Source of the DNA: Clostridia bacterium
Lineage (GTDB): Bacteria > Bacillota > Clostridia > Christensenellales > Christensenellaceae
NCBI GenBank assembly: GCA_014805015.1
Contig: JAAUYQ010000049.1
Coordinates: forward strand, 114,122-178,121
Direction of reading: 5' to 3'
Length of the DNA stretch: 64,000 bases
In this document: piece after piece, positions 46,950-57,840 of the stretch
How positions within the stretch are numbered: position 1 is the stretch's first letter
Layout: every line of letters starts with the position of its first letter
Notes under the pieces: model-generated
What the model was told of the DNA's origin: nothing
What the model saw: the letters and a program-made list of their open reading frames with translations, nothing else
The model's database searches: none
Position numbers and translations under genes: made by a program

Positions 46950-47735
46950 TTACTCGGCCGCCTCCGGCTCTGCCTGCATCGGCGGGAACAGCCGCTCGAC
47001 AGGTTTCTTCTTCGTGAAGGTCAGACGCGGCAGTCCGTGGTTGACCTGGAAATAGTACCAGCCGCGGCCAAGCATAGCGCGGATCAGCGGTATCCTAGAG
47101 AGATCAAAGCGGACCTCATCAGCATGCTTTTCCACGTACCAGAGCGAAAGGTTCCGGCCCAGGTAATAGCCCCCCACTGTCAGCAGCACCACAAAGGCGA
47201 CCGGCAGCAGCGGAGACACCCTGCTCATCGGCTGACCGATCTGCGGCACAGCCAGCAGAAGCAGCGAGACCAGGAAAGTGATGATCGGCCAGACAATCTG
47301 GATACACTCCACCATGCGGAAGGCACGCCGGCAGCGGCGGCCGACCCGGATCGGCACGGAAACAAGCGATCCGACCGGCGAGCGGACTTTCTTGCCGTAG
47401 CCGAAGATGATCCCCTTCTCGTAGTATGGATCCTCGTTGGCCATCTCGAGCAGCGCATAGCCGTCTGCCGGCTCCGGATCCGCGGCGCACAGCAGACACG
47501 CACTGCCGCAGCCGAGCGTATCAATATCGCGCGGCAGGAGCGCCAGCGTCTCATCCCAGCGCTGTTTAGCTTCCGAGCATTCCTTGCCCTTCTTATCGGC
47601 GGCCAGATAGCAGCCGCTGCAGCCTACCGAGTCTGCAAACTTCCAGCAGAGGTTGGAACCGCGGATGCTGCAGTCCTGGTGCAGATCATAACCATCCGGC
47701 CAGCTGCGCTCTTCCCCTGCTTTTTCTTCTGCCAT
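46950..47735 (-). CDS. hypothetical Cys-rich membrane protein (261 aa)
   Basis: There are 8 Cys in the first 83 residues (C22, C30, C39xxC42, C53, C76xxxC80xxC83). Two predicted TM helices follow (IQIVWPIITFLVSLLLLAV; LLPVAFVVLLTVGGYYL). The ATG lies 3 nt after the rpoC stop. Confidence 0.55.
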   Translation of the reverse strand: MAEEKAGEERSWPDGYDLHQDCSIRGSNLCWKFADSVGCSGCYLAADKKGKECSEAKQRWDETLALLPRDIDTLGCGSACLLCAADPEPADGYALLEMANEDPYYEKGIIFGYGKKVRSPVGSLVSVPIRVGRRCRRAFRMVECIQIVWPIITFLVSLLLLAVPQIGQPMSRVSPLLPVAFVVLLTVGGYYLGRNLSLWYVEKHADEVRFDLSRIPLIRAMLGRGWYYFQVNHGLPRLTFTKKKPVERLFPPMQAEPEAAE

Positions 47736-47738
47736 AGG

Positions 47739-50700
47739 CTATTCAATCTCCTCCAGTGTGATCGGCTCAAGCTGCTCGTGCAGCTCCTCATTGAGCACAT
47801 TGGTGATCACATCGATATTCTTGTAGCGTTTCATACCGGTCCCGGCCGGAATAAGCTTGCCGATAATGATGTTCTCCTTCAGGCCGAGCAGCGGGTCCAC
47901 CTTGCCCTTGATCGCCGCTTCTGTCAGCACGCGGGTCGTCTCCTGGAAAGAGGCCGCCGAGAGGAAGCTGTTGGTTGACAGCGAAGCCTTGGTGATGCCG
48001 AGCAGCACGCGTGAGGCCGTGGCCGGCTCCTTGCCTTCCCGCAGCATAAGGTCATTTTCCTTGTCAAAGCGGAAGATGTCTACAAACTCGCCCGGCAGCA
48101 TGGCCGTGTCGCCCGAGTCCTCGATCCGGCACTTCTTCAGCATCTGCCGGATGATGATCTCCAGGTGCTTATCCGAGATCTCCACGCCCTGCAGACGGTA
48201 CACCGCCTGGACCTCCTTGAGCAGATACTCCTGCACACCCTTGACACCCTTGATCTTGAGGATGTCGTTCGGGTTGATCGGGCCGCCCGTGAGCGCATCG
48301 CCGGCCTCCACCTCGTCGCCGTCATAGACGCGGATACGGCTGCCGTACGGAATCGCATAGGTCTTGGACTCACCCTGGTCATTGGAAATGGTGATCTCAC
48401 GCTTCTTGCCGCGCATGTCGACCACACTGGCCCGGCCGCTGATCTCCGTGATGATGGCGTTGCGGCGCGGTTTGCGTGCCTCAAACAGCTCCTCGACACG
48501 GGGAAGACCCTGCGTGATGTCGTCTCCGGCCACGCCGCCGGCGTGGAACGTACGCATCGTGAGCTGCGTGCCCGGCTCGCCGATCGACTGGGCGGCAATA
48601 ACGCCGACGGCCTCGCCGATATCCACAGGGTTGCCGGTCGCCATGTTGGCACCGTAGCACTTGGCGCAGACGCCGAACTCGCTCTTGCAGCTGAACACCG
48701 AGCGGATCGTGACCTCCTCGATGCCTGCCTTGATGATCTCATCCGCCACTGGCTGCGTGATCATCTCATTGGTTCTCACGATGATGTTGCCGTCTTTGTC
48801 GGCAACATCCGCCGCCGCGTAGCGGCCGCGGATGCGGTCCTTGAGCGGCTCAATGATTTCCTTGCCGTTTGTCAGGTCGCGGATCGGAATGCCCTGGACC
48901 TCTTCGCCAAGGTTCTCGAAGCAGTCAATCTCGCGGATGATGACGTTGTGCGAGACGTCCACCAGACGGCGGGTCAGGTAGCCGGAGTCGGCCGTCCGGA
49001 TTGCCGTGTCCGCCAGACCCTTGCGGGCACCATGCGACGAAATGAAGAACTCCAGAACCGAGAGGCCCTCGCGGAAATTGGCGCGGATCGGAATCGGGAT
49101 GATCTTGCCGTTCGGGTCCGCCATCAGGCCGCGCATGCCGGCCAGCTGCCGAATCTGGTTGGTGGAACCGCGGGCACCGGAGTGGGCCATCATGTAGATC
49201 GGATTGAACCGGTCCAGGCTGCTCATCAGGGCGTCTGTCACTTCATCGGTGCAGCGCTCCCAGACGCGGATCGCATTGTCTTCCTTCTCGTGCTCCGTCA
49301 GCAGACCGCGGCGGAACTGCTTGTCAATCTTGAGGACTTCCTGCTCAGCCTGCGCAATGAGTTCCTTCTTTTTTGCCGGAATCTTGATGTCCGAGACGGA
49401 AACGGTGATCGCGCCGAGCGTCGAATAGTGGAAACCGAGCGACTTGATCTCGTCGAGCACATGCGAGGTGCGGGTCGGACCGAGCTTGAGGAAGCAGAGG
49501 TCGACAATCTTGCCGAGCTCCTTCTTGTCGATCAGCTGATCGACCTCGAACTTCAGCTCGTTGCCCGGAACCGAGCGGTCCATATAGCCCAGGTTCTGCG
49601 GGATTGCCTGGTTGAAGATGATCCGGCCGGCGGTCGTCGGCACGATACCGGTCTTCATCTCGCCGTCCACCTCGCGCGTCACGCGCACCTGGATCGGGGC
49701 CTGCAGGTCAATATTATTCGTATTGTAAGCCAGCACCGCTTCGTCCGGTGAGGCGAAGATGGTCCCGGAACCCTTGGCGCCTTCTTTTTCCAGCGTCAGA
49801 TAGTAAGAACCAATAACCATGTCCTGCGTCGGCGAGACGACCGGACGGCCGTCCTGCGGTTTCAGGATGTTGTTGGCGGCCAGCATCAGGAAGCGGGCCT
49901 CCGCCTGCGCCTCGACGGAAAGGGGTACGTGCACGGCCATCTGATCCCCGTCAAAGTCAGCGTTGTAGGCAGTACAGGCCAGCGGATGCAGCTTGAGGGC
50001 ACGTCCTTCCACCAGGACCGGTTCAAAGGCCTGGATGCCGAGTCGGTGCAGTGTCGGCGCCCGGTTCAGAAGCACCGGGTGTCCCTCGATGACCTCCTCG
50101 AGTACGTCCCAGACTTCCGGCTTCACTTTCTCGACCATGCGCTTGGCTGACTTGATGTTGTGGGCACTGTTGCCTTCCACCAGCTTCTTCATCACGAACG
50201 GCTTGAACAGCTCGAGCGCCATCTCCTTCGGCAGGCCGCACTGATACATTTTCAGTTCCGGTCCGACTACAATAACCGACCGGCCGGAATAGTCGACGCG
50301 TTTGCCGAGCAGATTCTGACGGAAGCGGCCCTGCTTGCCGCGCAGCATATCCGAAAGTGACTTGAGCGGGCGGTTGCCGGGGCCTGTGACCGGGCGGCCG
50401 CGGCGGCCGTTGTCAATGAGGGCGTCCACCGCTTCCTGCAGCATGCGCTTCTCGTTACGGATGATAATGTCCGGTGCCCGCAGCTGCAGAAGCCGCGCCA
50501 GACGGTTGTTGCGGTTGATGACGCGGCGGTACAGATCATTCAGGTCCGAAGTTGCGAACCTGCCGCCGTCGAGCTGTACCATGGGCCTGAGTTCCGGCGG
50601 TATGACCGGCACCACGTCAAGGATGATCCACTCCGGTTTATTACCCGAGCGGCGGAATGCCTCCACCACCTCAAGCCGCTTCACCGCACGGATGCGCTTC

Positions 50701-51308
50701 TGGCCGCTTGAGCTGCGCAGATCTTCGCGCAGCTCCGCCGCCGTCTGTTCAAGATCCACCTGTTTGAGCAGGATCTTGACTGCCTCCGCGCCCATACCGG
50801 CCTTGAACGAATCCTCGCCGTACTTGGCCCTGAGTTCGTGATACTGCTTGTCGGTCAGCAGCTGTTTGTATTCCAGCTCCTGCACCTGGCCCGGATCCGT
50901 GACCACGAATTCGGCAAAGTACAGGACCCGCTCGAGCGAGCGCGGCGACATATCAAGCAGCAGGCCCATGCGCGACGGAATGCCCTTGAAATACCAGATG
51001 TGCGAGACCGGTGCGGCCAGCTCGATGTGGCCCATACGCTCGCGCCTCACCTTGGCACGCGTCACTTCCACGCCGCATTTCTCACAGACTATTCCCTTGT
51101 AGCGGACGCGCTTGTAGCGGCCGCAGTGGCACTCCCAGTCCTTGGTCGGTCCGAAAATGCGTTCGCAGAACAGGCCGTCCTTTTCCGGTTTCAATGTTCT
51201 GTAGTTGATGGTCTCCGGCTTTTTGACCTCACCGTAGGACCACTCACGGATCTTCTCCGGAGATGCAAGGCCGATCTGGATCGAGTCAAATGTGTTCAGT
51301 TCGTACAA
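47739..51308 (-). CDS. rpoC: DNA-directed RNA polymerase subunit beta'
   Basis: 1189 aa with [22 protein letters not shown], the zinc motif [20 protein letters not shown], and NADFDGDQM in the catalytic loop. TTG start. Confidence 0.98.
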   Translation of the reverse strand: MYELNTFDSIQIGLASPEKIREWSYGEVKKPETINYRTLKPEKDGLFCERIFGPTKDWECHCGRYKRVRYKGIVCEKCGVEVTRAKVRRERMGHIELAAPVSHIWYFKGIPSRMGLLLDMSPRSLERVLYFAEFVVTDPGQVQELEYKQLLTDKQYHELRAKYGEDSFKAGMGAEAVKILLKQVDLEQTAAELREDLRSSSGQKRIRAVKRLEVVEAFRRSGNKPEWIILDVVPVIPPELRPMVQLDGGRFATSDLNDLYRRVINRNNRLARLLQLRAPDIIIRNEKRMLQEAVDALIDNGRRGRPVTGPGNRPLKSLSDMLRGKQGRFRQNLLGKRVDYSGRSVIVVGPELKMYQCGLPKEMALELFKPFVMKKLVEGNSAHNIKSAKRMVEKVKPEVWDVLEEVIEGHPVLLNRAPTLHRLGIQAFEPVLVEGRALKLHPLACTAYNADFDGDQMAVHVPLSVEAQAEARFLMLAANNILKPQDGRPVVSPTQDMVIGSYYLTLEKEGAKGSGTIFASPDEAVLAYNTNNIDLQAPIQVRVTREVDGEMKTGIVPTTAGRIIFNQAIPQNLGYMDRSVPGNELKFEVDQLIDKKELGKIVDLCFLKLGPTRTSHVLDEIKSLGFHYSTLGAITVSVSDIKIPAKKKELIAQAEQEVLKIDKQFRRGLLTEHEKEDNAIRVWERCTDEVTDALMSSLDRFNPIYMMAHSGARGSTNQIRQLAGMRGLMADPNGKIIPIPIRANFREGLSVLEFFISSHGARKGLADTAIRTADSGYLTRRLVDVSHNVIIREIDCFENLGEEVQGIPIRDLTNGKEIIEPLKDRIRGRYAAADVADKDGNIIVRTNEMITQPVADEIIKAGIEEVTIRSVFSCKSEFGVCAKCYGANMATGNPVDIGEAVGVIAAQSIGEPGTQLTMRTFHAGGVAGDDITQGLPRVEELFEARKPRRNAIITEISGRASVVDMRGKKREITISNDQGESKTYAIPYGSRIRVYDGDEVEAGDALTGGPINPNDILKIKGVKGVQEYLLKEVQAVYRLQGVEISDKHLEIIIRQMLKKCRIEDSGDTAMLPGEFVDIFRFDKENDLMLREGKEPATASRVLLGITKASLSTNSFLSAASFQETTRVLTEAAIKGKVDPLLGLKENIIIGKLIPAGTGMKRYKNIDVITNVLNEELHEQLEPITLEEIE

Positions 51309-51340
51309 GTCGTCTTCACTCCTTCATGCGCCGGTTTATC

Positions 51341-54300
51341 TCAGTTGCCCTCCGGATCCGGACCCGAATCCAGGGACACGTCATCTCCAAGGTCAATCGT
51401 GCTGTCGAGCATCTGATCGGCCGGCAGGTCGTCCATCAGATGCGCGTCGCCAAGAATATCATCATCGGTCAGCGTCTCGAACGAGAGCATCTCGTCGTCG
51501 TCCTCGCCGAGGTTGATGTCCGGAAGCTCAAGCTCATCCAGGGACATGTCGTCGATGCCGTCGACGATGCCGCCCGGCTCGTACTCAGGCTGCTCAAGCT
51601 CATCGCTGTTCTCGACGCCGGCAATATTGATGTCGAGACTGAGCGCATCGTCCTCGTCGCTCTCGCGGATCTTGATCTCGCCCTTGTCTTCTGAGAGCAC
51701 CTTGATGTCGAGCCCCAGGCTCTGCATCTCCTTGATCAGCACCTTGAACGACTCCGGTACGCCCGGCTCCGGGATGTTCTCGCCTTTGACGATGGCCTCG
51801 TAGGTCTTGACACGTCCGACCACGTCGTCGCTCTTGACCGTCAGGATCTCCTGCAGCGTGTTGGCGGCGCCGTAGGCCTCCAGGGCCCAGACCTCCATTT
51901 CACCGAAACGCTGACCGCCGAACTGCGCCTTGCCGCCGAGCGGCTGCTGCGTGACCAGCGAATAAGGTCCGGTCGAGCGGGCATGCACCTTATCGTCAAC
52001 AAGGTGATGCAGCTTGAGAATGTACATATAACCGACCGTCACGCGGTTCTCAAACGGCTCACCGCTGCGGCCGTCGTAGAGCACTGTCTTGCCGTCCTCC
52101 TCGAGGCCGTTCTGCCGGAGCAGTTCCTCAATGTCTTCCTCCGTGGCCCCGTCAAAGACCGGCGTCGCGATCTTATAGCCGGCTGCCTTCGCGGCCATCC
52201 CGAGGTGCACCTCAAGAACCTGTCCGATATTCATACGGGAAGGCACGCCGAGCGGATTCAGCACGATGTCAAGGGGTGTGCCATCCGGCAGGAACGGCAT
52301 GTCCTCGACCGGCAGAATGCGGGAGATGACACCCTTGTTGCCGTGCCGTCCGGCCATCTTGTCGCCGACAGAGATTTTCCGCTTCTGGGCAATGTAGACG
52401 CGCACCAGTTTCTTCACGCCCGCCGTCAGCTCATCCTTCTTTTCCTGGGTGAAGATCTTGACGTCGACGACAATGCCGCCTTCTCCATGCGGAACGCGCA
52501 GCGATGTGTCACGCACCTCGCGCGCCTTTTCGGCGAAGATGGCCCTGAGCAGGCGCTCCTCTGCCGTGAGCTCCGTTTCCCCCTTCGGTGTCACCTTGCC
52601 GACCAGAATGTCGCCGCTGTGCACCTCCGCGCCGACACGGATGATGCCCTCAGCATCCAGGTCCCGCAGTGCGTCGTCCCCGACGTTCGGGATGTCGCGC
52701 GTGATCTCCTCAGGCCCGAGCTTGGTGTCCCGCGCTTCCGATTCGTATTCTTCGATATGAATGGAAGTCAGCGTGTCGTCCTTCACGAGACGCTCGCTGA
52801 TGAGCATCGCATCCTCGTAGTTATAGCCTTCCCAGGTCATGAACCCAATTAGCAGGTTCTTGCCGAGCGCCATCTCGCCGTCCTGGGTCGAGGGACCGTC
52901 GGCGATGACATCGCCCTTCTCGATCCGCTGCCCCTGCCGCACAATCGGCAGCTGATTGATGCAGGTTCCCTGGTTGCTGCGGGCAAACTTGATCAGGTTG
53001 TAGACGACATCCTGGGGCTTTTTCTGGCCGGGCGTCGGATCCGGCGTGATCACGACCTTGTCGGCGCTCACCTCCTTGACGATGCCGCTCTGCCCGGAAA
53101 TGACGAGCACACCGGAATCGTAGGCGCTCTTGTACTCCATGCCGGTGCCGACGATCGGCGATTCCGGCACCAGCAGCGGCACCGCCTGACGCTGCATGTT
53201 GCAGCCCATGAGGGCGCGGTTGGCGTCGTCGTTCTCGAGGAACGGTATGAGACTTGCGGCCACCGACACCAGCTGCCGCGGCGAGACGTCCATCAGGTCC
53301 ACTTCCTCGCGCGGCACCTCCACGATCTGATCACGGACACGGCACATGACGCGGTCATGCACAAAGCGGCCGTTCTCGTCGATCGGCTCGTTGGCCTGCG
53401 CCACGACCAGGTCGTCCTCCTCGTGGGCGGTCATGTAGGCAACCTTCTGCAGCACAACGCCCTGCTTCTTGTCGATCAGGCGGAACGGCGTCTCAATGAA
53501 GCCGTAGTCGTTGATCTTGGCATACGTGCTCAGCGAGCCGATCAGGCCGATATTCGGACCTTCCGGCGTCTCGATCGGACACATGCGGCCATAATGGGAA
53601 GGATGCACGTCACGCACATCGAATGAAGCACGTTCGCGGTTCAGACCGCCGGGACCAAGCGCCGACAGACGCCGCTTGTGCGTCAGCTCCGCAAGCGGGT
53701 TCGTCTGGTCCATGAACTGCGAGAGCTGCGAGGAACCAAAGAATTCCTTGATGGCAGCCGTCACCGGCCGGATGTTGATCAGAGTGGACGGCACCGGACC
53801 TTTCTTGTCGTCACTGCCCTTCAGATCCTGGATCGACATGCGCTCGCGCACGACACGCTCAAGACGCGTGAGGCCGACGCGGATCTGATTCTGCAGCAGC
53901 TCACCGACGCTGCGCAGGCGGCGGTTGCCAAGATGATCGATGTCGTCTATATGGCCGATGCCGTGCTTGAGACCCAGGAAATAGCTGATCGAAGCATAGA
54001 TGTCTTCCTTGACGACATGCATCGGAATCAGCTTGGCCAGGTTTTCCTTCAGCCTGGTCTTCAGCAGCGCCTTGTCGTCGCCGCACTCCTCAATGATGTC
54101 CCGGAGCTCCGGATAGTAGACGCGCTCCGTGATGCCGACCTCGGCCGGATCAAATTTCAGGAACAGCGAGGCGTCGACAAACCCGTTGCCGGACACGCGC
54201 ACTGTCTCATCCCCGACCAGGATATCGACCGCATTGATGCCGTGCTGCTCGAGTTTTTTCAGCCGTGTCTTGTTGAGAACATCGCCCTCGTTGAGAATGA

Positions 54301-55198
54301 CTTCGCCGGTTTCCGGCACGATCACAGGCGTTGCCAGCACCTGGTCACGCACGCGCGGCGCGAGCGCCAGCTTCTCGTTGAACTTGTAGCGGCCCACCTT
54401 GGCAAGATCGTAGCGCTTCGCATCGAAGAACAGGGAATTGAGCAGCGTGTTCGCGCTCTCCACTGTCTGCGGCTCGCCCGGCCGGAGCTTGCCGTAGACA
54501 TAGAGCAGACCGTCTTCTTTCGTCTTGTACGTGTCCTTCTTGAAGGTCGCCTCGAGGTTCGCGTCCTCCCCGAAATAATCGATGATGTCCTGGTCCGTCC
54601 CAAGACCCATCGCACGCAGGAAGATGGTCACCGGCAGTTTGCGCGTGCGGTCCACCCGGATGTACATGACGTCATTCGAGTCCGTCTCGCACTCCAGCCA
54701 CGCCCCCCGGTTCGGGATCACCGTGGACGTGAAGAGGTCCTTGCCGGCCTTGTCTTTTTCCGCGCCGTAGTAGACGCCCGGCGAGCGCACCAGCTGCGAG
54801 ACGATCACGCGCTCGGCTCCGTTTATGATGAAGGTTCCTTTGTCGGTCATCAGCGGGAAGTCACCCATGAAGACTTCCTGCTCGACCATGTCGCCCTGCT
54901 CCTTGTTCTGCAGACGGGCTTTCACCTTGAGCGGCGCGGCGTAGTTCACGTCGCGCTCCTTGCATTCCTCTACCGGATATTTCGGTTCGTCACCTATTTC
55001 ATAGCCTGTGAACTCCAGCACGAGATTCTCAGAGTAGTCCGTTATGGGCGAAATGTCCCTGAGGACCTCCCCGAGTCCCTCGTCAAGAAAACGCTGGTAG
55101 GAGTTTTTCTGGATCTCGATGAGATCCGGCATCTCCAGGACCTCCTTGATCTTCGAAAAGCTCTCCCGCGTGTTGGTTCCGTACTGGACTTCGTGCAT
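51341..55198 (-). CDS. rpoB: DNA-directed RNA polymerase subunit beta, with an acidic C-terminal tail
   Basis: 1285 aa with the conserved rif-region [32 protein letters not shown] and GHKGV-type motifs ([14 protein letters not shown]). The last 106 aa form an acidic extension. Confidence 0.98.
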   Translation of the reverse strand: MHEVQYGTNTRESFSKIKEVLEMPDLIEIQKNSYQRFLDEGLGEVLRDISPITDYSENLVLEFTGYEIGDEPKYPVEECKERDVNYAAPLKVKARLQNKEQGDMVEQEVFMGDFPLMTDKGTFIINGAERVIVSQLVRSPGVYYGAEKDKAGKDLFTSTVIPNRGAWLECETDSNDVMYIRVDRTRKLPVTIFLRAMGLGTDQDIIDYFGEDANLEATFKKDTYKTKEDGLLYVYGKLRPGEPQTVESANTLLNSLFFDAKRYDLAKVGRYKFNEKLALAPRVRDQVLATPVIVPETGEVILNEGDVLNKTRLKKLEQHGINAVDILVGDETVRVSGNGFVDASLFLKFDPAEVGITERVYYPELRDIIEECGDDKALLKTRLKENLAKLIPMHVVKEDIYASISYFLGLKHGIGHIDDIDHLGNRRLRSVGELLQNQIRVGLTRLERVVRERMSIQDLKGSDDKKGPVPSTLINIRPVTAAIKEFFGSSQLSQFMDQTNPLAELTHKRRLSALGPGGLNRERASFDVRDVHPSHYGRMCPIETPEGPNIGLIGSLSTYAKINDYGFIETPFRLIDKKQGVVLQKVAYMTAHEEDDLVVAQANEPIDENGRFVHDRVMCRVRDQIVEVPREEVDLMDVSPRQLVSVAASLIPFLENDDANRALMGCNMQRQAVPLLVPESPIVGTGMEYKSAYDSGVLVISGQSGIVKEVSADKVVITPDPTPGQKKPQDVVYNLIKFARSNQGTCINQLPIVRQGQRIEKGDVIADGPSTQDGEMALGKNLLIGFMTWEGYNYEDAMLISERLVKDDTLTSIHIEEYESEARDTKLGPEEITRDIPNVGDDALRDLDAEGIIRVGAEVHSGDILVGKVTPKGETELTAEERLLRAIFAEKAREVRDTSLRVPHGEGGIVVDVKIFTQEKKDELTAGVKKLVRVYIAQKRKISVGDKMAGRHGNKGVISRILPVEDMPFLPDGTPLDIVLNPLGVPSRMNIGQVLEVHLGMAAKAAGYKIATPVFDGATEEDIEELLRQNGLEEDGKTVLYDGRSGEPFENRVTVGYMYILKLHHLVDDKVHARSTGPYSLVTQQPLGGKAQFGGQRFGEMEVWALEAYGAANTLQEILTVKSDDVVGRVKTYEAIVKGENIPEPGVPESFKVLIKEMQSLGLDIKVLSEDKGEIKIRESDEDDALSLDINIAGVENSDELEQPEYEPGGIVDGIDDMSLDELELPDINLGEDDDEMLSFETLTDDDILGDAHLMDDLPADQMLDSTIDLGDDVSLDSGPDPEGN

Positions 55199-55314
55199 AT
55201 ATCCAACTCACTCCCTTGAAGTCTTGAACTGCTGCGCCGCCGGACAGGACCGGCAGCGCCCCGGAAGACCCGGCAGCCGGCCTGCGGCCAAAACCAAGTC
55301 TTGTGCAATATTTC

Positions 55315-55343
55315 ATGTTAGCACTGCATACGACAAAAATCAA
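55315..55343 (-). promoter_or_regulatory. weak candidate promoter for rpoB (TTGATT-17-TAACAT)
   Basis: The -35 overlaps the yacL stop codon. A GC-rich leader of about 110 nt follows. Confidence 0.3.
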
Positions 55344-56473
55344 GCACCGGAATCGGTGCGGCCGAAGATGAGGCGGCCGGCCGATGTCTGCAGGACACTG
55401 GTGACGACGACCGGCAGCGTCTCGCGCAGCCGGTCCTGGGCACCTTCGACGATAATCATCGTGCCGTCGTCGAGATACCCGACGCCCTGACCCTCCTCGC
55501 GGCCATTGCGGACGATCATGACGGAGATCTGTTCACCGGCATGCAGGATCGGCTTGAGCGCGTTGGCGAGATCGTTGACGTTGTAGACAGGAATGTCCTG
55601 CACGCTCGCCACTTTGTTCAGACTGTAGTCGGTGGTGACGATCTCACCATCCAGATCCCGGGCCAGTTTGACGACCATCACGTCCACGTCGCGCACTCCC
55701 TCGTACTCCTGGCTGGAGATGGTCACAGGCACGGAGCCGTCCCGCCGCATGTCCTCAAGAAGGTCAAGCCCGCGGCGGCCGCGGCTCCGGCGCAGCGGAT
55801 CGTCTGCGTCCGCAAGGCGCTGCAGCTCCCGGAGCACGAAACCGGGGACGACAATCTCCCCGTCAAGACAGCCGACGCGCGCCACATCAAAGATGCGGCC
55901 GTCAATGACAGCGCTGGCATCCAGGATTTTCGGCGGTGCCTTGGGATGACGTTCGTCATCCTGGGACCGCACAAGCAGCATATTGGCCATGAAGGCGGAA
56001 ACGTCCCGGCGGCGGTCAAGACCAATGCTGGTGCCAAGGTAGCCGAAAATGATGTAGAAGATGATCGTCAGCGGCACGGAGACCCAGACGATCGGAATGA
56101 GGCCGATGACAACGGAGAACAGGGCAGCGACGATCAGGCCGATGATCAGACCGATGCCGCCCGACAGCAGCGATATCGACGGTGTGTCATCGAGCGTCTT
56201 TTTCATGCGCTTGAGGCCGGCCTCCACAGCTGCGGCCAGCGAATTGGACAGGTAGTAGAACACCAGGGCCGAGCCGCAGCCGCAGGTCATGTAGATTACG
56301 AGCGGTGCCCAGGCCGGCAGGTTGGCAAACAGGTCCGCACCGCGCAGATACTCGTACAGAACCTGGATCAGCATGACCACGCCTGGAATGGCCATTGCGC
56401 CGAGGATGGTGAAGAACGCCCGCAGCAGGGTGTGAAGCAGCGTTCCGTTTTCTGCTTCCGGCTGCGCTGTCAT
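55340..56473 (-). CDS. yacL: PIN/TRAM-domain membrane protein (YacL-like)
   Basis: Four N-terminal TM helices, then a PIN domain (PKILDASAVIDGRIFDV...) and a C-terminal TRAM-like domain. The position after radA matches the Bacillus yacL context. There is a 4-nt overlap with radA. Confidence 0.8.
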   Translation of the reverse strand: MTAQPEAENGTLLHTLLRAFFTILGAMAIPGVVMLIQVLYEYLRGADLFANLPAWAPLVIYMTCGCGSALVFYYLSNSLAAAVEAGLKRMKKTLDDTPSISLLSGGIGLIIGLIVAALFSVVIGLIPIVWVSVPLTIIFYIIFGYLGTSIGLDRRRDVSAFMANMLLVRSQDDERHPKAPPKILDASAVIDGRIFDVARVGCLDGEIVVPGFVLRELQRLADADDPLRRSRGRRGLDLLEDMRRDGSVPVTISSQEYEGVRDVDVMVVKLARDLDGEIVTTDYSLNKVASVQDIPVYNVNDLANALKPILHAGEQISVMIVRNGREEGQGVGYLDDGTMIIVEGAQDRLRETLPVVVTSVLQTSAGRLIFGRTDSGA

Positions 56474-57837
56474 CCGAGCACCTTCTCAAAGGCCTCAAAG
56501 AGGCTAGCGACCGGTTCGATCTTCATGCTGCCGGCCTGCTTCGGTTTCTCAAAGCCCTGCCGGGGCACAATGACGCGGCGCATACCCATGCGGCGGCACT
56601 CAGCGAGGCGCTGCTCCATACGGCTCACCCGGCGCACTTCACCGGACAGACCCACCTCCCCGATCAGGGCCGTCTCCGGAGAGATGGGAGCGCCCCGGAG
56701 CGAAGAGACGACCGCCGCAGCCAGAGCCAGATCCGAGGCGTGCTCGCTGATGCGGATTCCGCCGGCGACATTCACAAAAACGTCCTGCGAATACAGTTTC
56801 AATCCCATTCTCTTTTCCATCACAGCGCAGAGCATGTAGAGCCGGTTGCTGTCGAGCCCGGACGCCAGGCGGCGCGGAACGTTGAGCTGCGTATGGGCGC
56901 ACAGGGCCTGGATCTCAAGCAGCATCGGCCGGTTGCCCTGGGTTGCACAGAACACAGCCGCGCCTTCAAGCGGCTGCCCCGTGGTGTTCTCAAAAAGGGA
57001 GGCCGTGTCCGTCATTTCGGTCATGCCGGTATCCCGCATCTCAAAAAGACCAATTTCATCGGTGCTGCCGAAACGGTTCTTGACGGCCCGCAGGACGCGC
57101 AGGTTCGAGGTGCGCTCACTTTCAAAATACAGCACCGTGTCCACGAGATGCTCGAGTACCCGTGGTCCGGCAAGGGCTCCTTCCTTGGTGACGTGGCCGA
57201 TCATGAAGGTGGAGATTCCCTCTGCCTTGGCCGTTTTCGCAAGCGCCGAGGCGCAGCCGCGCACCTGGGTCACACTGCCGGGAGCGCTCGAGAGCTGCGC
57301 ATCATAGAGCGTCTGAATGGAATCGATGATCAGGAACCGGGGTTTTACCTGGGCAATACCGGCCAGGATACGCGAGAGCTCCGTTTCGTTCATCAGCAGC
57401 ACGCCGCCGCTGATGCCGAGGCGGTCCGCTCTCACCTTGATCTGCGAAGGAGATTCCTCTCCGGACACGTAAAGCACCGTGCCGGTGTCCGCCAGCCGGC
57501 GGGCCGCCTGCAGAAACAGTGTCGACTTGCCCACCCCGGGCTCACCGCCGGCCAAGACCACACCGCCGCGCACAACGCCGCCTCCAAGCACCCGGTCAAA
57601 TTCCCCGATGCCCGTCCGGTCCCTTTCTTCCTGCACAGCACGCACTTTGGCGAGGTCTATGACCGGTGCAGCCTGCGCAGTCCGCGCACCGGCCTGACGC
57701 ACCGCGCCCGCTGGCGCTGCCTCCTGCTGATGCTCCTCCATGGTGTTCCAGCTGCGGCAGCCCGGACACTGGCCGCTCCAGTGACTCTGGCTGCGGCCGC
57801 ACTTCGAGCACACCCATACAGTTTTCGGTTTTGCCAC
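56470..57837 (-). CDS. radA: DNA repair protein RadA/Sms
   Basis: N-terminal zinc ribbon VCSKCGRSQSHWSGQCPGCRSWNT, Walker A GEPGVGKSTL, KNRFG, and a Lon-protease-like C-terminal domain. 455 aa. Confidence 0.95.
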   Translation of the reverse strand: MAKPKTVWVCSKCGRSQSHWSGQCPGCRSWNTMEEHQQEAAPAGAVRQAGARTAQAAPVIDLAKVRAVQEERDRTGIGEFDRVLGGGVVRGGVVLAGGEPGVGKSTLFLQAARRLADTGTVLYVSGEESPSQIKVRADRLGISGGVLLMNETELSRILAGIAQVKPRFLIIDSIQTLYDAQLSSAPGSVTQVRGCASALAKTAKAEGISTFMIGHVTKEGALAGPRVLEHLVDTVLYFESERTSNLRVLRAVKNRFGSTDEIGLFEMRDTGMTEMTDTASLFENTTGQPLEGAAVFCATQGNRPMLLEIQALCAHTQLNVPRRLASGLDSNRLYMLCAVMEKRMGLKLYSQDVFVNVAGGIRISEHASDLALAAAVVSSLRGAPISPETALIGEVGLSGEVRRVSRMEQRLAECRRMGMRRVIVPRQGFEKPKQAGSMKIEPVASLFEAFEKVLG

Positions 57838-57840
57838 AGT

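Noticed and set aside
48165-49751. 528-aa plus-strand ORF antisense to rpoC. The same applies to 53678..55219 antisense to rpoB, 44168..45517 antisense to fusA and 56740..58050 antisense to radA.
   Set aside because: All lie opposite universally conserved genes and show the same Arg/Ala/His/Asp-biased composition. None has an SD or a plausible start context.
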